Positions 34,537-46,281 are shown, numbered from the whole stretch's first letter. The stretch is 63,148 bases of DNA, filler included, from Stramenopiles sp. TOSAG23-3 (GCA_900128585.1; 46 parts of 46 records of this genome joined end to end with filler, not necessarily neighbours in it); one strand, 5' to 3'. Translations and numbers: made by a program. Notes: generated by a model from the letters alone, not told the origin.

Positions 34537-35808
34537 GCTGTTCGACGATACTCATTTTTGCCAGACAGGAATCATTGTCCACAGCGTGTTGCACAACCTT
34601 AAGTTTCTGCCAACGGTTTCAAAACGATTGAGATCCCGCAAGCAGAAGCGGCTTACGTCGTACAACGCGGCGGCGTCAACATCGGACGCGCAAAGCAGCG
34701 ATGGGGCAACGGCTAAGGGAAGTTCTCCTGCACCAGACGGTGCCGCGAAAGGGCGGGAAAATAGTGAACCGGTAGATGCTGCGGACGAGGCGGCGTCTTC
34801 CGTGAGAAACGAGCTGTCCGTGCAGCTCAACACGTTTGCCGCGTATCTGTTCCCTCTTCCACCGTCCGCAGACCCAGTGTTTGACGGCCGGGAGTACTAC
34901 AACACCGCAACCCCAGAAAATTCTATGCGCGCCGATGCGTTCTACGTACGGTACGTAGAGCCTCTCGAGACGTCCTACAACGACTTGGCTGCGTTCTTGA
35001 GGCATTGCACCAATCATTGTTTCCCGCAGGAGCTGCACGATAGCTTGCCGTTCTTGTCTCATATCCCAAACTTAGAGCCCATGTTTGGCGAAGGCTCGAA
35101 GGGTCTCGAGGCGAAGCTCCGCACAGGAGACCCAGAAGATGGGGAAAAAAAGGGGGATACCAGCTTATCTACCGAATCGGACGGGCAGCCCGAGAGTCGC
35201 GCGTTTTCGAGCCGGATCGACACGTTGACCCCGAACGCTATAGCGACTGCGATAATGCAGAGAATAAACGGCGTGGCGGGCCAAATAGCCGTGTTATGGC
35301 ACCAGTTGATGGAGGTAATGCCTAGGGCGTACACGGAGGTCGAGCTGATGCTACGGGTGGACTGGGAAAAGCAGGCAAAGGCGTACTGTGAAATGTCTGT
35401 CATTAGTCAACGGTTATCACGGAAGCACTTGATTGACCCCCCCGACTTAGACGCGGCAGAGACCCATGGGGTTGCCGCAGAGCAGCTTCGAAAAGATCCA
35501 AAATTTGCACCGCCGCCCGGATCGCTAGCAGAAATGAAAATGCACGAAAGGTTGCCGGTCTTCGACGTGGGAATGTTTTCGCGGCGCGAAGTTGGGTGCA
35601 TATTTTTCAAGTCACAGTTTGGCAAGAAGACGGTTGCCGAGTACGATAAATTTTTGAAAGAAGAAAGCGGCGCGGTCGATGCGGGCGACATTCAACTGGC
35701 CGAAGAATCGGGAAAAGTTGTCCCCAGCGGCTACCACGTGATTGTCCTTCAGCACGGCTTCCAGGGCAGCCAGTTTGACATGCGCCTTTTCCGGGATTTC
35801 CTGACCTT
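34537..35808 (+). CDS. FAM135-like protein reaching the DUF676 lipase-like domain, partial
   Basis: QIAVLWHQL helical region, then HVIVLQHGFQGSQFDMRLF. Confidence 0.8.
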
Positions 35809-36032
35809 NNNNNNNNNNNNNNNNNNNNNNNNNNNNNNNNNNNNNNNNNNNNTTAATTAATTAANNNNNNNNNNNNNNNNNNNNNNNNNNNNNNNNNNNN
35901 NNNNNNNNAATATTGACGTGCAAAAACGCTGGCCCAGAAGAAGGCGCTGAAGAAGGAGCGAAAGAAGAGGGAGAAAAACCAAGGGTGAGAAGAGGGGGTA
36001 AGTAAGGAGATTTTTCGTGTTTTTTTAACTTA

Positions 36033-36076
36033 TGAGTAAAGGGTAAGCTTACAAAATTAAGCTACCCTTAAGCTCA
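36033..36076. other. Imperfect hairpin between convergent gene ends
   Basis: tgagtaaagggtaagctta-caaaat-taagctacccttaagctca. Confidence 0.6.
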
Positions 36077-36192
36077 GTTTTTTTGCGGCCTGTAATTCAA
36101 CGATAAGTATCATATGATAACATAGATATCATATCAAAATGTTTACAAAGTAAGAATCTTTGTTATTAATCTCCATATTTTTATTGAAGCTT

Positions 36193-36807
36193 TTATATGA
36201 TGGCGCAGCAGTCTCCCGACGATTTGACAGCAGGCTGTTCCTCAGACTTCGTTTCTTCCAACGGCTCCTTCACTCCAGCTTCTTCTCTAATGCTGTCACC
36301 AGCAGCGCTGGCGTCCCCCTGGGAATCGCTTTTGGCAATTCCTTCGTCAATCAAACGGTTCGTATCCTGCTGTGCCTCGTTCCCTCTGGCTGGAGTTTCT
36401 ACGGTGGGCGCGGGCGCGGCTGCTGGGGCAGCGGGCTCTGAAGGCTCTGGTGCAACTTCCAAGCGCTTTTTTATTGCACTGACCCAATCTTCGACAGAAA
36501 TGTCGCCCTCGCTTACAAGCAGCACGTACGCAGCGTACGTGGTATCGTTTCTGACCACGTGGATTTCTCGTTCTTTCTGAACAACTTCGTGGCAGTCTTT
36601 CAGCGCTATGGACGCCTTGACGCGCTTGTCGCTCTCGGAAGCATAATACGACAAAAACTCATCCGTCAACCTAAAGTAACGCCGCTGCCATTTCCCTTTC
36701 CTATTTTTCTTCTTAAGGTACCCATGTAAAATATCATGGGACTCTGCCTTTCCTACGAACGACGCACGCCTCCCGCCCTTGCTTTTGTCCGCCAAGTGTT
36801 TTTTCAT
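36193..36807 (-). CDS. PH-domain protein with C-terminal CaaX (DCCAII), complete
   Basis: HGYLKKKNRKGKWQRRYFRL...LSYY...DWVSAI. Confidence 0.9.
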   Translation of the reverse strand: MKKHLADKSKGGRRASFVGKAESHDILHGYLKKKNRKGKWQRRYFRLTDEFLSYYASESDKRVKASIALKDCHEVVQKEREIHVVRNDTTYAAYVLLVSEGDISVEDWVSAIKKRLEVAPEPSEPAAPAAAPAPTVETPARGNEAQQDTNRLIDEGIAKSDSQGDASAAGDSIREEAGVKEPLEETKSEEQPAVKSSGDCCAII

Positions 36808-37354
36808 GTCGTGAGGAGAAAGAAGCCTATAGCTGGAACGAACAACTATACACTATATAAATACAATATATTTGTTATCGATAGAAGGAACACGTCCTGT
36901 TGTTGGAACGATGCAATCAATGCGCAATGTTTTCTTTTTAGTTGTAATACTGCTGTAATAAATACATCTCTTTTTAAAATTTGTTCATCATGTTTTATTA
37001 TTTTTAGAAGAAAGAAGAAGAAAAAAAAAACGGGGGAATCCTCTCTCTCGCTCTAAAAAAAAAAACTACTTTTCTTTCTTTTTTTTTATGAAAAAAATGG
37101 TCGGCTACTATTATTATACCGACCAGAGGAGGAAAGGAGAAGAAGGGGAGGAGCCATCGATATTATAGATGATGTGATGNNNNNNNNNNNNNNNNNNNNN
37201 NNNNNNNNNNNNNNNNNNNNNNNTTAATTAATTAANNNNNNNNNNNNNNNNNNNNNNNNNNNNNNNNNNNNNNNNNNNNTGTCCACGTCTGTTCCCCCTG
37301 GGGCCCCGAATGACTTGCGAATTTTGCCGCTGACCGATACCCAATTAGACGTAG

Positions 37355-38248
37355 ACATGCGGGTCTGCTGATGGGAAATCTGATAATGGGTGCAATCCAG
37401 TAGCAAAGAAACGCACCAGTCACTCGTGCCACATTGGTGGTGGACCGTACTCGTTCGATCACTGCATCCAAGCTATAGTTTTTGACAAGTATACGTGCAT
37501 GTTCAGGCACGACTTCCAGGACAGTCCATGCCACTACCCTCCTTGCATACATAATTTAGACGGAAACGTTTGCCGTAAGTACACCAGATCGTACTGTAAA
37601 GGACACCGGAGAGACGATGATCCTTATTGCGCACGAGCCGTACCTGCCGTAACCACGTGTGCGTTTGATATTAACGCAAAGGGGTCTCCTTGCCGACACC
37701 ACCACTGCACAGAAGGTGGAGGTGCTCTCTCTGTCCATTGCCGTTTGTACATAAAGCTCTACTGCAAAAATTCCACGTTTGAGCATTATAATCCGCACGA
37801 TCGTGGCTGCGACTATGGAATAGTTGCTGGCTCCCTTCCAGTTTGTAGCTTTCGCAACGACGATGCCAGTTCCCCTTGTAGAGTGAGCCATTGCCTAGAG
37901 GAGGGACCATATAGCTCCCAATGTTGGACCCATATACTTGAATACTGCAAAAAAGGCAATGCTGGGTACGATGACCCGGAATGTCGACGCGGAGTGGTTG
38001 ATTCTGAAATAGACTCTTGTCCGTTCGACATTAATACAGACAAAGACTCACCGTGTTACAAACCTCTCTGCCGGGACTTTGGGATGCACGGAGAAGAATG
38101 TCGAAAAGAATTCCAACACTTCTGTGAAAGACGGGTATTAGAGGCGGACACGCCACCTGGGTGCAAATATGGCACAGTGGATATGGTGAACACCCAGTGC
38201 CCATTTCTTGAGGCAGACTACGAAAATCCATGCAGAAGTAAAGAGTAG
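37355..38248 (+). CDS. Cys-rich repeat extracellular protein, 5' truncated
   Basis: Five to six repeats of C-x-F-x(4-7)-SPC-x4-C...C-x6-[YF]C...DPxC; frame is open upstream of the listed ATG to 37355. Confidence 0.8.
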   Translation, partial: TCGSADGKSDNGCNPVAKKRTSHSCHIGGGPYSFDHCIQAIVFDKYTCMFRHDFQDSPCHYPPCIHNLDGNVCRKYTRSYCKGHRRDDDPYCARAVPAVTTCAFDINAKGSPCRHHHCTEGGGALSVHCRLYIKLYCKNSTFEHYNPHDRGCDYGIVAGSLPVCSFRNDDASSPCRVSHCLEEGPYSSQCWTHILEYCKKGNAGYDDPECRRGVVDSEIDSCPFDINTDKDSPCYKPLCRDFGMHGEECRKEFQHFCERRVLEADTPPGCKYGTVDMVNTQCPFLEADYENPCRSKE

Positions 38249-38550
38249 TTCAATGCAGGAAATGGACATTTCGTTCATGTCCATGATGATAATATACACA
38301 ACATGCCTTCTTCTTGCGGCGTTCGTGTTCGCCATGTATTGGGATTACCATACCGCCCAACAGAAGCGTCGAGAATTAGAATTGTCCAGAATGCATGAGA
38401 AAAATGCTACAAGCAGGTTCAAAGCTTTGAAGAAAAAGGTTGCAATGGCAGCAGTGAAAGGAAAGCCAGGGGTGAGTGGGAAAAGAAAGGCTGGCGTCTT
38501 AGCCACGGTGCGGGCAGAATACGGCGCTAAGAGTTCTGAGTATGAAGAAA
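38208..38550 (+). CDS. TM segment plus basic cytoplasmic tail, in a different frame from the Cys-repeat ORF
   Basis: FMSMMIIYTTCLLLAAFVFAMYW followed by a K/R-rich tail. Confidence 0.6.
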
Positions 38551-38650
38551 NNNNNNNNNNNNNNNNNNNNNNNNNNNNNNNNNNNNNNNNNNNNTTAATT
38601 AATTAANNNNNNNNNNNNNNNNNNNNNNNNNNNNNNNNNNNNNNNNNNNN

Positions 38651-39282
38651 TCGTGGACGTGGGACCACTGGCAGAGCTCGTTAATCTCAGGAAGCTCTGG
38701 CTCAGTGACAATAAAATCCAGGACGTGGCGCCATTGGCAGGGCTGGTTCATCTCACGGAGCTCCACCTCGACAGAAATCCAATCGTGGACATGGAATCAC
38801 TGGGAGGGCTCGTTAATCTCACGCATCTTGGGCTCAGTCAAAATCAAATCGTGGACGTGGCACCACTGGCAACGCTCGTTAATCTCACGACGCTCGGACT
38901 CTGTAATCGCCTCAGTGGAATTCAAATCGTGGACGTGACGCCACTGGCAACGCTCGTTAATCTCACGTTTCTGATCCTCGAAGGAAATCAAATCGTCGAC
39001 GTGACACCACTGGGAACGCTCGTTAATCTCAAGACGCTCTGGATCAGTTGGAATCAAATCGTGGACGTGACGCCACTGGCAATGCTCGTTAATCTCACGT
39101 CGCTCGACCTCAGTCAAAATCGAATCGTGGACGTGTCACCACTGGCAGGGCTGGTTCATCTCACGTTTCTCGGACTCAGTGGTGGAAATCCAATCGTGGA
39201 CACGTGCCCCCTTCGTTCACTACCAAAAAGCACAAAGATTACAGGTGTCAGTGTGTGCTGTCGTTCTTGTACCATTGTTTAA
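38651..39282 (+). CDS. Internalin-like LRR paralogue with CaaX (CCRSCTIV), 5' partial
   Basis: Same 66-bp scaffold and C-cap (PLRSLP.STKI.GV) as 30416-31184. Confidence 0.92.
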
Positions 39283-39350
39283 AGTATTTTGAAACGTTGT
39301 GTGTTTGTTTTGGGTTGAAGGACAGATGGTCCAAAATTGAGGTTTAATAT

Positions 39351-39482
39351 ATGTTGTCCCACGATTACATGAAACGTTGCATGAAGAAACGCAGAATGCT
39401 TCGCAAACAGCTGGCACTTCGACCCGACCGAGATGAAGACAGGCGTGTCTGCCGTACGGTATTTAAAGCTCTAGTCTACTGA
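39351..39482 (+). CDS. Small basic ORF (43 aa, MLSHDYMKRCMKKRR...)
   Basis: Translated by hand; AAAATTGA at 39333-39340 lies just upstream. Confidence 0.3.
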   Translation: MLSHDYMKRCMKKRRMLRKQLALRPDRDEDRRVCRTVFKALVY

Positions 39483-39684
39483 GACGAGAAAAGTATTCAA
39501 AAAGAAGAAACGTGAGAACCAGTCCAGAGAGAACCCCGCACAGCCCTGTCAACCCCAGAGCGTTCGCTTCGGAATAATCGTAGACTTCGGTGACAAGCTC
39601 GCCTTCTACTACCATAATTTCATTTAGAGATACAACTTCGTCTACAACTTCGTCGAGAACGTCTTCAACCTTTTGGGATGACAT
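39463..39684 (-). CDS. Small acidic tail-anchored membrane protein (73 aa)
   Basis: Acidic N-half, single C-terminal TM. Confidence 0.55.
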   Translation of the reverse strand: MSSQKVEDVLDEVVDEVVSLNEIMVVEGELVTEVYDYSEANALGLTGLCGVLSGLVLTFLLFEYFSRLSRLEL

Positions 39685-39697
39685 ATAGAATATTACA

Positions 39698-39921
39698 TTA
39701 CAATATTAATACTGCTCCATCTTCACTCTCCAATTGAACAGACACCTTTACGGATTGAAGCTGTTGGACAAAACCCTCCCAACTGTCTGCGACCGCTTCA
39801 TTGTTTATTTTCGACAGCACGGCTCCTGGAAGAATGTTCTTCGCGTGAAACGCTGAGCTGCCAACGTCCAAATCGGCAACCACAATTTTGAATTCGTTCT
39901 GGCGGTGAGGGTCCATGTATT
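39698..39921 (-). CDS. PDZ-like C-terminus of a DegP/HtrA-type protease, 5' partial
   Basis: IVVADLDVGSSA...ILPGAVLSKINNEAV. Confidence 0.6.
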
Positions 39922-40021
39922 NNNNNNNNNNNNNNNNNNNNNNNNNNNNNNNNNNNNNNNNNNNNTTAATTAATTAANNNNNNNNNNNNNNNNNNNNNNN
40001 NNNNNNNNNNNNNNNNNNNNN

Positions 40022-41291
40022 CTGGTTCGGCTGGTGGATGAGGTTTGGGACCCCGGCAAAATTCAGCAAATAATTGACTGCTTTGTGGTCTGCAAGGACG
40101 CACGCGAACGCCAAAGACGAGTCGCCATTTACATTCTTTATCGTTGCCAAACTATTGTCTTCTTTTAGCAATAGCTTCACAACGGACAAGGCCGAACTGT
40201 TTTCGGCCTCTACATTAGCATCCGTACTTTCGTCTACCGGCTTTGGTGCTTCAGCGTTGCCCCCGTCCTCGCTCGCGAATAAAACGTTGGGGTTCAGCCC
40301 TTCCTGCAACAGCTTGGCACGTACTGCCCCTTCAGGCACTCCCATACGCAACATTTTTTGAAACTTCTTGTACTGCGGGGCAACGTCCGTTTTTGCTATC
40401 GGCTTTCGCGCTTCACCCTTGCCCCCGTCCTCGCTCGGGAGCAACACGTTGGGGTCCAGCCCTTCCTGCAACAGCTTGGCACGTACTGCTACTTCGGGCA
40501 CTCCCATACGAAGCATTTTTTGAAACTTCTCGTACTTCGGGCCTGTGTCCATTTTCGGTGCTGGCTCTGTCGGTTCTACTTTACGTGCTGGCTTGGACTT
40601 TTTAATTTCTCGCAATACCGTCGGCTTTTTGGCTTTTGCTACCGGCGTTGGTGCTTCAGGGCTCGCGAACAAAACGTTGGGGTCCAGCCCTTCCCGCAAC
40701 AGCTTGACACGTACTGCTCCTTCAGGCACTCCCATACGTAGCATTTTTTGAAACTTCTCGTACTTCGGACCTGCGTCCGCTTTCAGTGCTGGAGTTGTCG
40801 CTTCTACTTGACGTGCTAGCTTTGTCGTTTCTACTTTAGGTGTTGGTTTCGACCTTTCAGTTTCTTGTAATACCGTCGGCATTTTGGCTTTTGCTACCGG
40901 TTTTGGTGCTTCAGGGCTCGCGAACAAACCGTTGGGGTCCAGCCCTTCCCGCAAAAGCTTGGCACGTACTGCTTCTTCGGGCACTCCCATACGTAGCATT
41001 TTTCGAAACTTCTCGTACTTCGGGGGAGCGGGTGGTGTTGGAGCTGGCCTTGCTGTCTCAACACTAAGTGCTGGCTTCGGTTTTTCAGTTTTTGGTAGAG
41101 GATTGCCGTTGTCCTTCAGGCCAACCGCTGAATCTTCCGGCTCTTCTTGTATGGTACCAATATCAATCACTCCCCCTCCTGCTGTTTCCTCGAATAAATC
41201 ATCGGTAGAACTTATTCTACGAAACATTACCGATTCCCGGACGCTTTTGACTTCTGATACTTGCTGCTGCAACACAGTAGGGATGGTGATA
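40022..41291 (-). CDS. Protein with four CCDC53/WASHC3-like repeats followed by ankyrin repeats, partial
   Basis: PKYEKFxKMLRMGVPExAVRAKLLxEGLDPNxL x4; VVKLLL...NVNGDSSLAFAC...AVNYLL. Confidence 0.85.
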
Positions 41292-41391
41292 NNNNNNNNN
41301 NNNNNNNNNNNNNNNNNNNNNNNNNNNNNNNNNNNTTAATTAATTAANNNNNNNNNNNNNNNNNNNNNNNNNNNNNNNNNNNNNNNNNNNN

Positions 41392-42661
41392 CTGGGGCGT
41401 ATGATGCGAAGTAGTTTTCTCCAGCCTCTTGGTTGTTTCCGTTGGCGACTAAACGAGCTTTGAGTTTCAACAGTTTTCCGTTCTCGTCTGGCTTGGCCTT
41501 GAACACAAAATGGGTTCTAATCGGCTTACTGTTAATTTTCATGTTGTCGTTTGCGTGTGAAGTATTGATCGGTTCGAATTTGAAAGTTTCGTTTGCTTTG
41601 ATCGATGCGATTTCTTTATCGATAGCTCCTCGCCATTGTGGATGTGCGAGTGCCTCTTGTAGGTTTCGCGGTAAGGGGATACGGCACGCTTCATCGACAC
41701 CAACCTCGTATTTTAGTTTTGGGGCCATCCAGCTGACTTTGGATTCGTGTACTAAGTTTGCGTATAGTTTTCCAAAGGCTCTGTCGGTCGGCGTGAGTTT
41801 CTTTCTTCTCATTTTGGCCGCTCGCAATTTTGCTTTTAGTTTTCCCCGAGTGAAGTGTGGGTTTTCGTCGTTCGGGTTTCCTCTTGTGTTGTATCTGTGG
41901 GATTCTTCCGTGCGCGGCGTGTTTTCCTTCTTAGTGTGTTTGGTGACTGCCGTGTCTCTCCCCTGGATATGGGATAGGTTTTCGCTCCCCTGGTTTGGGG
42001 ATATTAATTCGCTCCCCTGGATATGGGGTGTCGACTCGCTCCCCTGGTTTGGGGATGTCGGCTCTCTCCCCTGGTTTGGGGATGTCGGCTCTCTCCCCTG
42101 CTTCGGGAATAGCTGTGTGCGGACTTCTCGCACGCATTTAAGTTTTGTCTCGTGGTTCGCTTGTTTTTCGAGGATTGTTTGTTTGTCCGTGTCCGTTTCA
42201 GGCTCGATTATTGTAACTCTTCTCCCCTCGAGAATCGGGGGTGTGAACGGGTGAGGACGTTGATTTTCGATGCGGAAATCGGTTGGGGTATCCTTGTCGA
42301 GTGATTCAAAACAGTAGCGGTCCAGTTGTAAACTTTTGGTCGTGAGTGGTACGTGTGTGCGCGTGATTGGTAGGTTCTGTGCAATTTCTTTGTAATAATT
42401 TGGAGTCCACGTGCAGCTTTGGTCGAAGTTTACGTGTTGTGCGTGTATGGTGGCGAATTTTGCGCTGGCGTCGGTGCCTCTGGTTAGTCGTGGATCCCAT
42501 AGGATATATCCTTTGCGGTCGAGTCCGATAAAGATATACGGTTTGGCGATTGGGCACATTTTTCCAGAGCGCTCCTTGGGATCGGTGCGGACCCAGGCGA
42601 TGGATCCGAAGACGACTAGTTGGGATACGTGTGCTTTGGCTCCGCACGCCATTTCGTATGG
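41392..42661 (-). mobile_element. Ty1/copia LTR retrotransposon pol fragment (post-integrase region to start of RT)
   Basis: LVVFGSIAWV, FIGL..KGYILWDP, PRNLQEAL..PQWRGAIDKEI, FVFKAK..ENG...LKARLVANG..Q..G.NY...YAP. Confidence 0.95.
41958..42110. repeat. 27-bp coding tandem repeat (QGREPTSPN), about 6 copies, in the copia linker
   Basis: ctcccctg at 41958, 41985, 42012, 42039, 42066 and 42093. Confidence 0.9.
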
Positions 42662-43567
42662 NNNNNNNNNNNNNNNNNNNNNNNNNNNNNNNNNNNNNNN
42701 NNNNNTTAATTAATTAANNNNNNNNNNNNNNNNNNNNNNNNNNNNNNNNNNNNNNNNNNNNGCTCGTTCAAGAAATGAAAATTAGAAGCAAGGTGGACTC
42801 CTATCTACATAAGTTTAGACCAGACAATTGTTCCCGTCACGTTGCCCGGTCCTCGACGAACGCTTATAAATTGTTTGCCTTATAATGACTTGGAAATGCG
42901 GTTCCAAGGGACAATTTTTTGTGAAATGGACGATTTGGACCAAACGCCACCGGAGCAAACCCATATTCCGTTTTAAATATTAGGAAAATGAACCGTACAG
43001 GAATAATTTTGTTTATCTAAATGCACTTTTGAGACTTTAAATTCTCAAAAATGATCCTTTTTTCATAAATATCTCCTCGTCTCAAATAGTTAACACAAAG
43101 TCATTTGCCATTTTTCAATTCCGCGCCAAAGATACCTTGCATCCCATTTTTTCGTTATCAATGCTGTGTGTATATTGACGTCTTGGTATTAATATTACGA
43201 GGAGATAGATTGCTCAAAATTTGTTTTATTCTACTACTTCTTTTCCTTTTCCCGGTATCAACAACACATATAAGTGTGACACGCAACAATGTGACAACAA
43301 AGAAAAAAAAAGAAGACGACTTTGGCTTTTTCGTTATTGTACCACCACAATTAAATTTAAAAACAAAATAATGTCTGTTATTTAAATTACAATGGGTTTT
43401 AGGAACGCATTTGTTAAAAGTACTTTTAAAACCTTTTGATGAGTTGCTGCCATTTGCAGTTGTGCACGATACATTTTTAGTCCAACAACATTCAGTATGA
43501 GCGTGCCAATTTACCCCTTGAACTAGTGCGGCAGGAAAGACAGAGAATTTTGTTGTGCGACTGAGTT

Positions 43568-44031
43568 ATGTTGACCATATCGCACCGGACTGATGACTCA
43601 ACGCTTCCTGTAAAGTCTATAGACAAGGATGTTTTTTCATTGATCATGGATTTTGCTAGATTCCGATCCAATACAAAATTTGTTCGCTCTCATAATTTAC
43701 TGTCTGTCTCATGCACTGGTTGCAAATATTTGAACGACAGGGGTGTGCTGACGTTGTGCTCTGGATGCCCAAATCTTTTCCGTTTGTATTTAAATGGCTG
43801 TTCCTCGATATCGGACGCGGCCATCGATTTTGTAGCCAAATCCTTGAAAAAATTACGATGTTTGAATGTCAGCAACTGCAATGGCCTCACAGACAAGTGC
43901 AAAGGATTGAAAACGGCAATCGTCAGGCTTGACGAACTGAAAATGTGCAATATACCAAAGATAAGCGACGAATTTTTCATGAGTGCTCTCGTGCATGAGC
44001 GTGTCGTGTATGGGTGGAAAAAAAAAGATTT
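43568..44031 (+). CDS. Cys-containing LRR (FBXL/AMN1-like) protein, 3' partial
   Basis: CPNLFRLYLNGCSSISDAAI; LRCLNVSNCNGLTD. Confidence 0.8.
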
Positions 44032-44131
44032 NNNNNNNNNNNNNNNNNNNNNNNNNNNNNNNNNNNNNNNNNNNNTTAATTAATTAANNNNNNNNNNNNN
44101 NNNNNNNNNNNNNNNNNNNNNNNNNNNNNNN

Positions 44132-45339
44132 TAGTATATTCCATTTTTGCACATCAAAAGACCGTTATTGGGATACGTGGACTCACCGACTTTCATATTA
44201 CCATTGGCGAGGCGGAATCAGAAGCATTTAGAAAGAAACAACACATTTCAGATTTGGCCAACAAACCATTTTTTCAAAGGCTCGGGCTAGATTTAACGTC
44301 TCAGCATCGCAACGAGAGCGGGGCACTTCAACCACAGAGCTGTTTAATTTGGGGGCAGTTCGAACTGTCCCCAATATACAAACAGTATACTGACTTACAG
44401 ATAGTCCCTCTCCCACCGTCCAATATTTCAAAAGTAGACGTCTCGCGGCACAAGCTGGCGCTGGTGGCCGACGGCGTTCGTATTGTCCAGCACAAACTGC
44501 TGCCTTTCGAGTTCCATTTACGAAAAAACCTCAAATCCAGCACGTCGCATGCTAAACCGATAATTGACATGAAAGTGATTGGGGAAACTCTCGTAGACCA
44601 AGAACAAGCTAATCAGGACGGGTTTGAAGAACTTGACATCGACCTGGGTGCCTTAATTGACGACATCGATGAGCAGCGACTGAAAACGAATAATTATGTG
44701 GACATAAATAAAGCATCTAAGTTGTGGATAAAGAGGCTAAGTGCTAAGGAGTTTCACAGCAAGCGCCTCGATGAAGCAAAAAAAGTGGCAGGTCGGTTGT
44801 ACCAAGGGCCCGAGGAGAAACGAAACATGATGTTGAACACGGTCGAATTCAGCGGACTCTCGAGCCTTCAGATAGCCAAAATTCATCGAAAATTTCAAGA
44901 AGTGGCCTGTTATGCCGCCGCGGTTGCTGAAGTATCGGACGTGGCGTCCGAAAACGTGTACATCGACGACATTTTGCTCTTCATGGAAGAAAAACGCACC
45001 ATGCTGACCGAATTAATCTTTCAATTGTTTGGGTTTGAAGTAGGGAATGCTATCGAAGCGGAAACGATGGACTTCGCGGAATTTTTTACATTCGTTTCTA
45101 AATTGTGTTTGATGGGCCGGCACGATTTGTTGCGGTTTCTTTTCTTTTCTATGGCCGCCCATTCCGGAGTGGAAGATCGCGTGCACCGCTGGCACATGAT
45201 ACCATTAATTCGTATGATAAAAGAACAATACCCTCGGAGTGTAAGCGAGCAGCAAATAAGGAAAGTTAAAAATGCGTTCAACCTGCCAGATTGCACAGAC
45301 AAGTTTGGAAAGTTTCACAAACGCATCCCACAGTACTGA
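44132..45339 (+). CDS. Hypothetical protein with a degenerate EF-hand (calcineurin-B-like) region, partial
   Basis: MDFAEFFTFVSKLCLM...LLRFLF; long open frame from about 44230. Confidence 0.65.
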
Positions 45340-45501
45340 GCATGGGGCATCGTTTCCATTTCAGTTTCTAGCTCGGATATTGCTTTTAAGTGATCCCTTA
45401 CNNNNNNNNNNNNNNNNNNNNNNNNNNNNNNNNNNNNNNNNNNNNTTAATTAATTAANNNNNNNNNNNNNNNNNNNNNNNNNNNNNNNNNNNNNNNNNNN
45501 N

Positions 45502-46281
45502 CATATTGACGACGAAAACCGCTATTCATATGGAAACCAGAGTGGAATAGGGGCGTGGAACATTCAAACGATGTTGAACGTTTTGACAGGTAAACATTCG
45601 TTGTCACATGGGATACTAAGGGCGGAGGGCCAGCAATGGCTGTCAGATAGTGACGTACGAGGAAAAGTTAAACATTTTCTGCAAACACATCAAGATTGCT
45701 ATACGGCCCGAGTGAGCAAACGCTTAGGGCTTCAAACCCCGGACAAAATTGCTGTGGTAAAATGGCGTCGATTTTTAACGGTTTCGAAAGCTGACTATGC
45801 TCGAGCCTCTCGCCTTTTAGCAGAGTGCGAAAAGACCGCTGAGCATAATTGGCGACTGTGTGCTAACGATCTCGTTTTAGCGACATCGGGTGACAAACAT
45901 GCCATTCCTGCAGCCATTGAGCTTTTGGAGCACCTTGAGGAACGCGCACTCTTGAATGAGAATTGGCGAAACAGAATCAGACACAACGTCCCCCGATACA
46001 CATTTCGGTCCAAGCTGATACGTGGCATTACAAGAAAACTTGAGAATCGACCGGAAGAATCTGAAAACGCTGCGAGCACTTCGTTGGAGCTGTTAGAAGA
46101 AGTTGCTTCATTGCTGAAATCCCCATTCGACCATAGCCCATGGAACCTAAGAGAAGAAGCGATTCGCACACAACAGGAATCCTCCTCTGACGAACATCTC
46201 CAACCTGCAAAGGAGACATTAGCAAGGCGACTAACGGACACAGAGAAGTATATGACAAAAACCAGTTGTGGGGGGCAGTAG
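45502..46281 (+). CDS. Hypothetical helical protein, 5' partial
   Basis: Open frame of 236+ aa. Confidence 0.6.
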   Translation, partial: HIDDENRYSYGNQSGIGAWNIQTMLNVLTGKHSLSHGILRAEGQQWLSDSDVRGKVKHFLQTHQDCYTARVSKRLGLQTPDKIAVVKWRRFLTVSKADYARASRLLAECEKTAEHNWRLCANDLVLATSGDKHAIPAAIELLEHLEERALLNENWRNRIRHNVPRYTFRSKLIRGITRKLENRPEESENAASTSLELLEEVASLLKSPFDHSPWNLREEAIRTQQESSSDEHLQPAKETLARRLTDTEKYMTKTSCGGQ

